Assembly: GCA_964608275.1 (NCBI GenBank)
Contig: CAZSNL010000002.1
Span: 15,088-79,087, forward strand
DNA from: an uncultured Hyphomicrobiales bacterium
GTDB taxonomy: Bacteria > Pseudomonadota > Alphaproteobacteria > Rhizobiales > CAZSNL01
Length of the DNA: 64,000 nt
Direction of reading: 5' to 3'
Below are positions 59,063-64,000 of the stretch, one piece after another (the stretch's first letter is position 1; each line of letters begins with the position of its first letter). The position numbers were made by a program, and so were the translations under genes. A model generated the notes under the pieces. The model was not told the origin of the DNA, did not search any database, and worked only from the letters and a program-made list of their open reading frames with translations.

Positions 59063-60538
59063 TTACTGCGGCTGACCGGCGTTGATGTACGACGTTTTCG
59101 TGACTGTATAGAATTCAATCGCCGCGCGCCCTTGCTCGCGAGGCCCGTACGAAGAATTCTTCCGGCCGCCGAAAGGCACATGATAGTCGGTTCCTGCGGT
59201 CGGCAGGTTCACCATCACGCAGCCTGTCTTGACATTGCGCCGGAAGTGCGTGGCCCGCGCCAAAGACCGGGTCATGATGCCCGCGGTGAGGCCGTAGTCG
59301 GTATCATTGACGATTGCCAACGCTTCATCGTAGCTGTCGACCGCGATCACACAGGCAATCGGCGCAAACATCTCCTCGCGATTCACCCGCATGTCGTTAC
59401 GCGAATTCACGAACAGGGCGGGCGTGAGATAGTAGCCTTCGGTCCGGCGCTGGACGCGTTCGCCTCCCCACGCGAGTTCGCAGCCCTCGCTTCTTGCCAG
59501 CTCGATATACCCAAGTGCGGATTTCAGCTGCTTGTCATCGACAAGTGGTCCGATCTGAACACCGTCGTCCAAAGCGTGCCCAATCTTCAGGGACTTCATC
59601 TCCTGAACGAGCTTTTCGACGAACGTGTCATGGACCTTGCGGTGCACGACCAGCCGCGAGGACGCGGTACATTTCTGCCCGGATCCGAAGAAGGCGCCAT
59701 TCAGCGCATGAGCCACAGCTAGATCAATGTCGGCATCATCCATCACGACGAGCGCATTCTTTGATCCCATCTCCAGCTGAAGTCTTGTCAGGTTGGGGGC
59801 ACACGCAATCGCAACCGCGCGGCCAGTCTTGTAGGAACCGGTCAGCGAGATCGCATCCACGTCCGGGCATTCGACGAGGCCATTACCAACGGTCGAGCCC
59901 GGGCCCATGACAAGGTTGAACGTGCCGGCGGGAAGCTCCTGGCGACTTATGATCTCGGTCAGAGCCCAAGCGGAGGCCGGCGTCAGATTCGACGGTTTCC
60001 AGATCACGGCATTGCCAAAGGCGAGCGCCGGGGCAATCTTCCAGCTCGCTGTCGCCATCGGGAAGTTCCAGGGCGAGATGACAGCGACGACGCCGACCGG
60101 CTCGCGTCGAACGTCAATCTCAATACCAGGTCGGACTGATTCGGCGGTCTCGCCATGTTGGCGAAGCGCTTCAGCGGCAAAGAACTGGAAGAACTGACCG
60201 GCGCGGAAGACCTCGCCGACGCCCTCGGCCCGGGGCTTTCCCTCTTCCCGCGACAAGAGTTCGCCAAGTTCGGCACTTCGGATACAGAGTTCATTGCCGA
60301 TGGCCATTAGAACTCTGTGGCGTGTCTCTATCGGGCTACTGCTCCAGACAGCGCAACCACGCCTTGCAGCATTGATTGCAGTAGTGAGCTGGTCCACATC
60401 GGCTTGCGCGTAATCGCCAACGGTGTCGCTGAGATCGGACGGATTGATGTTCGGGATCGAGTCGTTGCTCGTTGCCCAGACACCATCGATGAAATTTGCG
60501 TATACCTCTGACACAGCCCTGCGCCCGGATCTCACCAA
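59063..60538 (-). CDS. NAD(P)+-dependent aldehyde dehydrogenase
   Basis: ALDH motifs are present: VISPWNFP, the catalytic Glu region QLEMGSKNA, the catalytic Cys FFGSGQKCTASSR, and EEMFAPI. The start may be a few codons downstream (VSEVYANFIDG). Confidence 0.9.
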   Translation of the reverse strand: MVRSGRRAVSEVYANFIDGVWATSNDSIPNINPSDLSDTVGDYAQADVDQLTTAINAARRGCAVWSSSPIETRHRVLMAIGNELCIRSAELGELLSREEGKPRAEGVGEVFRAGQFFQFFAAEALRQHGETAESVRPGIEIDVRREPVGVVAVISPWNFPMATASWKIAPALAFGNAVIWKPSNLTPASAWALTEIISRQELPAGTFNLVMGPGSTVGNGLVECPDVDAISLTGSYKTGRAVAIACAPNLTRLQLEMGSKNALVVMDDADIDLAVAHALNGAFFGSGQKCTASSRLVVHRKVHDTFVEKLVQEMKSLKIGHALDDGVQIGPLVDDKQLKSALGYIELARSEGCELAWGGERVQRRTEGYYLTPALFVNSRNDMRVNREEMFAPIACVIAVDSYDEALAIVNDTDYGLTAGIMTRSLARATHFRRNVKTGCVMVNLPTAGTDYHVPFGGRKNSSYGPREQGRAAIEFYTVTKTSYINAGQPQ

Positions 60539-60566
60539 CCGCGCACAAGCGTAGGGCAGATTGGCA

Positions 60567-60613
60567 TTTCAATCGATCGAGAAAAACTTTAGGCTATTTC
60601 AGTTTTATTGAAA
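60567..60613. promoter_or_regulatory. two dyads in the lysR/aldH divergent region (TTTC-N10-GAAA and TTTCA-N7-TGAAA; LysR T-N11-A-like)
   Basis: The 85-nt intergenic region is AT-rich. TTTCAATCGATCGAGAAA is at 60567-60584 and TTTCAGTTTTATTGAAA is at 60597-60613. Pattern match only. Confidence 0.3.
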
Positions 60614-60623
60614 CGCCACGGAC

Positions 60624-61553
60624 ATGCGCCTTTCCATTTCAAGCTTGCGCGTTTTTGTTGCCGTCGCGGAGGCGGGCAGCATCGTTGCTGCGGCGGAGAA
60701 GATCGGCCGGACTCCGTCTTCGGTGTCGATGACACTCAAGCAGATCGAGGAGGATATCGGCAGCCCCCTGTTCGAAACTGAACGGAAGAACCGACTGTCA
60801 AAGGTTGGAGCGTTCGTCGACGCCCAGGCGCGCGAACTCTTGAGCCATTACGAACGAACCATGGCATCCATGCACGCGTTCGCAAGGAACGCGATCGGAC
60901 GTGTTGACGTCGCATGCGTGCCATCAGTAGCAACGACGATCCTGCCCGAGGTGATCTCCCAGTTCCGGACGCAATGGCCAGCAGTCGAATTCGACATTCG
61001 CGATGCTGATTCAAGAACCGTCATCGAGGCAGTGGAAGCCGGCAAGGTCGAAGTCGGGATCGCCAGCATGAGGCGCGAACGTTCGGCAATTAGGTTCGAA
61101 CCGCTTTTCAAGGAACCACTTGGTGTGATCTGCCGAGATGATGATCCGCTTACCAGAGCCGCGGATCCGCTCCCCTGGCGCGCACTTGAAGGTCGCGTCT
61201 TGCTTGCCAACGGGATCTCCGATGCGATCGACAATCCCGAGTTCAAGCAAATCCTGACCGGCTCCCCGATCATCGTCTATAACGTGCTGTCGCTGATTGC
61301 CATGGTGCGATCGGGTGTCGGGGTTACCGTGCTGCCCCGGCTGTCGATTGCCAGTTCGGCTACTGATATCGCTTTTGTTCCGTTAGCCGACCCCGGCGCG
61401 GTCCGCGTTGTCGGACTCCTGTCCCGCGCGACCGGGCATGGGTCTCCCGCGGTAGCTGCCTTCGTCGAGATTCTGAAAACCGCGCTTTGCCAGAACGGCG
61501 GCGAGTACGGCATCAACCGGTTGTTTGAGCCGCCGAGAGGATTGCGGCCTTAG
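60624..61553 (+). CDS. LysR-family transcriptional regulator
   Basis: The N-terminal HTH is LRVFVAVAEAGSIVAAAEKIGRTPSSVSMTLKQIEEDIG. It has an LTTR co-inducer domain length (309 aa) and is divergent from the catabolic operon. Confidence 0.9.
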   Translation: MRLSISSLRVFVAVAEAGSIVAAAEKIGRTPSSVSMTLKQIEEDIGSPLFETERKNRLSKVGAFVDAQARELLSHYERTMASMHAFARNAIGRVDVACVPSVATTILPEVISQFRTQWPAVEFDIRDADSRTVIEAVEAGKVEVGIASMRRERSAIRFEPLFKEPLGVICRDDDPLTRAADPLPWRALEGRVLLANGISDAIDNPEFKQILTGSPIIVYNVLSLIAMVRSGVGVTVLPRLSIASSATDIAFVPLADPGAVRVVGLLSRATGHGSPAVAAFVEILKTALCQNGGEYGINRLFEPPRGLRP

Positions 61554-61725
61554 CAGAACAAGGGAAAAGAAGGAGCTCCCGGCGTTACGCCCTGCCGTCT
61601 GGCAAAGGCAATTCTGCATGCGCCAAGCGGCAACCAAGCGGCGGCGTGATCACCAGCTATATCGCCGCACCCCATGAACTGCTCCGCTGAGCGGACCGCC
61701 TGGCGACGCCCCATGAACTTCCTGT

Positions 61726-61741
61726 GAGCGCTTTCGCGCTC
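61726..61741. terminator. short GC hairpin (GAGCGC-TTTC-GCGCTC) between the convergent lysR and ZIP genes
   Basis: It has a perfect 6-bp stem and a 4-nt loop, with no U-tract on either side. Possible weak bidirectional terminator. Confidence 0.2.
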
Positions 61742-61779
61742 GGCATTGGCTCTGCCTCCGCCTGAAACTGCAGGCACAT

Positions 61780-62562
61780 TCATCCCAATGTCACATCCAG
61801 GAACAGCATGATGACGAGGCCGATGGCCAGGCCGAGAGTGGCTCTGTTCTGATGCCCGCTGCGATGCGTCTCCGGGATGATCTCGTGGCTGATGACGTAC
61901 AGCATCGCGCCCGCCGCGAATGCCAGCCCCCACGGCAACAGCGGTTGCGCCAGGACCATCGCACCGGCCCCGAGGACACCGCCTACGGGCTCCACGAGTC
62001 CTGTCAGGGCAGCTATTCCCCAGGACCGCCTTCTTGAATATCCCTCGCCGAGCAAGGAGACGGCCACAGCCAGTCCTTCGGGTGCATTCTGAAGCCCGAT
62101 CCCGATTGCAAGCGCGAGTCCCCCGGAAACACCGTCGGCGCCGAACGCAACGCCAACGGCAAGACCCTCGGGGAAGTTGTGGATCGTAATCGCAAAGATG
62201 AACAGCCACACCCGTCGCAACGATGCCGCCCGTGGCCCCTCGCGCCCCGTATCGAAGTGCTCGTGCGGCAGCCGCTCGTTCACCAGGGCGACGGCACCCA
62301 TCCCGAGGAGGATTGCAAGGCAGACGATCGCAGCCGGAGCGGCGGCGTGCTCAAACTGCAGCCCGGCAGCATCCAGCGCGGGAACGATCAGCGAGAAGAA
62401 GGATGCTGACAACATGACGCCCGCAGCGAACCCGAGCAGCAAATCCCGTGTCGCCTGCGAGGGAACCCGACCGAACAGCACCGGAACAGCACCGACAGCT
62501 GTCATCATTCCCGCTACGAGGCTGCCAAGGAATCCGAGCGTCAACGGAGAGAAAGCGTCCAC
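61780..62562 (-). CDS. ZIP-family (ZupT/GufA-like) divalent metal transporter
   Basis: 260 aa with 8 TM segments and ZIP signatures: ITIHNFPEGLAVGVAF, GIGLQNAPEGLAV and SHEIIPETH. Confidence 0.88.
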   Translation of the reverse strand: MDAFSPLTLGFLGSLVAGMMTAVGAVPVLFGRVPSQATRDLLLGFAAGVMLSASFFSLIVPALDAAGLQFEHAAAPAAIVCLAILLGMGAVALVNERLPHEHFDTGREGPRAASLRRVWLFIFAITIHNFPEGLAVGVAFGADGVSGGLALAIGIGLQNAPEGLAVAVSLLGEGYSRRRSWGIAALTGLVEPVGGVLGAGAMVLAQPLLPWGLAFAAGAMLYVISHEIIPETHRSGHQNRATLGLAIGLVIMLFLDVTLG

Positions 62563-62842
62563 GTGGACACCTCATGAATGCCTTTCATGAAGGAAGACAC
62601 CGATGGAGGCCCGAGCGCAAATCACGCACAGAACACGGTCAGACCTCTGCCACCGCCAGCAGTGCACCCCCAGGGTTCTGGACATCAGTGCGGTGTCTAT
62701 TCCACAGCAGCAGCATCGGAATCGCGCGTTAGGAGGAACGCCTCCATTGTCGTAACGGGGCCTGACATTGGTCTGCGAACGTGAAACAATCATCGAACAG
62801 CAGCGTTCAAGGGTATCACCTTTCCTCAGGCGGAGAATTCCC

Positions 62843-63487
62843 ATGCGCCTATATCCCATGAAATTGGTTGCCGCGGCCGGTGCGGTCGCCGGCTTCCTCG
62901 GGCTTGCTCTTGCGGCCCACGCCGCCAACCTGCCGGCATCGGCCGTACGCGGCGTGCAGGCGGCCGGCGAAGACGGCCTCGTCAAGCAGGTACAGGATCG
63001 TCGCCGCGCGGGACGGTCGGGCCGGAGCGCTCGCCGCAGTGCGCGCAGTGGCCCACGCAGGGCAACCCGCAGCGCCAGGCGCGCGACCCGGAGCGCCCGA
63101 CGAGCACCGCGACGCGCGGCGCGCAGCAGCCGGCGAGGCGTTCGTACGGCGAGACGGGCACCGCGCAGAGCGATCCGCAACAGCCGCCGCGGGGTTCGCA
63201 CCGCGCGACGCGCACCCCGGTTCGTCGATCGCCGTGCGCGCCGGGTGGCCCGCTTCTACAACCGCAGAATCCATGGCCCCCGTTACCGTTATCGGCGTCC
63301 GGGGTTCGTGCACTTCCATCTCGGCTGGTGGTATGCAACGCCGTGGTGGGTCGCCACGGTTCCGATCTACAGGCACAGCTATCGGGTGGCTACCAGCTGC
63401 GACTACTGGGCCGACCGATGTGCCGCCAACTGGGGCTTCGATAACGTGGATTACTACGGCTGCCTGCGATACCACGGTTGCTACTAG
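62843..63487 (+). CDS. secreted arginine-repeat protein with aromatic/Cys-rich C-terminal domain (hypothetical)
   Basis: ATG 62843 is preceded by GGCGGAGAA. The signal peptide is MKLVAAAGAVAGFLGLALAAHA|AN. About 110 aa of R-x-x-R repeats follow (RRATRSARRATRSARRAPRRAARSSRRGVRTARRAPRRAIRNSRRGVRTARRAP). The sequence ends with GWWYATPWWVATVPIY and a four-Cys tail (C-x6-C-x13-C-x5-C). Confidence 0.5.
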   Translation: MRLYPMKLVAAAGAVAGFLGLALAAHAANLPASAVRGVQAAGEDGLVKQVQDRRRAGRSGRSARRSARSGPRRATRSARRATRSARRAPRRAARSSRRGVRTARRAPRRAIRNSRRGVRTARRAPRFVDRRARRVARFYNRRIHGPRYRYRRPGFVHFHLGWWYATPWWVATVPIYRHSYRVATSCDYWADRCAANWGFDNVDYYGCLRYHGCY

Positions 63488-63694
63488 CTGGCGGAGCGGC
63501 CCTGTTGCGGCGGGGCCGCTCGCCACCCTGACAGGCAAAGCGACACTCCCCTGACAGGTTCGTTGGCGGGCATTGCGCCCGTCGTCGAACCGATCGCATG
63601 AATGCATTTGCATAGGAGCCATGCGCGAGCGGCATTGATCTTGGCCGCTCATGGGCGATGATGCGGTCATCATGGTCTGTTTCCGGATCGCGCA

Positions 63695-64000
63695 TTGAAC
63701 TCCACAGCCGCTGATACCGTCGTCTCGCGGTCCGGCGGCTTTCGGCCTTGGCTCGTCTGGTCGCTGGCCGCGGCGGGATTCGGATACGCCTTCTTCCAGC
63801 GAGTCGCTCCCAGTGTGATGGTGAGCGACCTGATGCGCGACTTCGCCGTCGGGGCGACCGTTCTCGGAAACCTCTCGGCGCTCTACTTCTACGCCTATGC
63901 CGGACTGCAGATTCCGGTGGGTGCCCTTATCGATCGCTGGGGCGCGCGCGTGATGGTGGCCGGTTCGCTCGCGATTGCCGCCACTGGTGCCCTGACGTTC
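63695..64000 (+). CDS. MFS transporter, 5' part (runs off the right edge)
   Basis: The frame is open from 63662 to the window end, with candidate TTG start at 63695. TM1 is WLVWSLAAAGFGYAFFQRVAPSVM, and the MFS motif-A-like sequence is GLQIPVGALIDRWGAR. Confidence 0.65.
   Translation, partial: MNSTAADTVVSRSGGFRPWLVWSLAAAGFGYAFFQRVAPSVMVSDLMRDFAVGATVLGNLSALYFYAYAGLQIPVGALIDRWGARVMVAGSLAIAATGALTF

Noticed and set aside
62572-63201. A 209-aa Arg-rich ORF on the minus strand mirrors the arginine-repeat gene.
   Set aside because: CGN-rich repeats read as Arg in both orientations. Only the plus-strand ORF has an SD, a signal peptide and a structured C-terminus, so the minus ORF is treated as its shadow. 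Experimental confirmation is still advisable.
1-64000. CRISPR arrays, IS elements, prophage genes, rRNA operons.
   Set aside because: Reading both strands, I saw no regularly spaced repeats, transposase or integrase-like ORFs, phage structural genes or rRNA-like sequence.

Overview
This is a GC-rich, gene-dense chromosomal segment with about 55 protein genes and one tRNA. I saw no rRNA, CRISPR array, transposase or integrase. The organism is probably an alphaproteobacterium: the tRNA-His lacks G-1 and carries A73, and the core block infA-maoC-ribF-ileS-lspA-M16/M16-pgi-mutL fits that group.

Left to right, the window contains:
- An SbcD/SbcC-like pair, with a 1153-aa Rad50-type ATPase.
- An arcD-arcA-hdeD acid/arginine module.
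- The housekeeping block listed above.
- An APH-like kinase, a hypothetical gene and RidA.
- rluB-rsmD followed by an iron-chelate ABC importer.
- BenE, a DMT transporter and an orphan malonyl-CoA decarboxylase.
- A TetR-controlled double RND efflux locus (MFP-RND-OMF-MFP-RND).
- DoxX and MarR.
- The NAGGN osmoprotectant trio (asnO-ngg-M42 peptidase).
- A small three-gene membrane operon next to tRNA-His.
- A Liv-type ABC importer joined to a LysR-associated catabolic operon (Ldh_2 oxidoreductase, DUF3726-like protein, 592-aa unknown, M19 dipeptidase-like protein, aldehyde dehydrogenase).
- A ZIP metal transporter, a secreted arginine-repeat protein, and the start of an MFS transporter.

The best candidate for an undescribed system is the operon at 47954-49352. 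It encodes a minimal TolQ/ExbB/MotA-type channel protein, then a TolR/ExbD-type Asp-containing anchor fused to a non-canonical beta-rich domain, then a third membrane protein. No TonB, Tol-Pal, flagellar or receptor partners are nearby.

All calls rest on reading the supplied translations and DNA by eye. No database search was run. Family names are motif- or memory-based and should be confirmed with HMM and structure searches.
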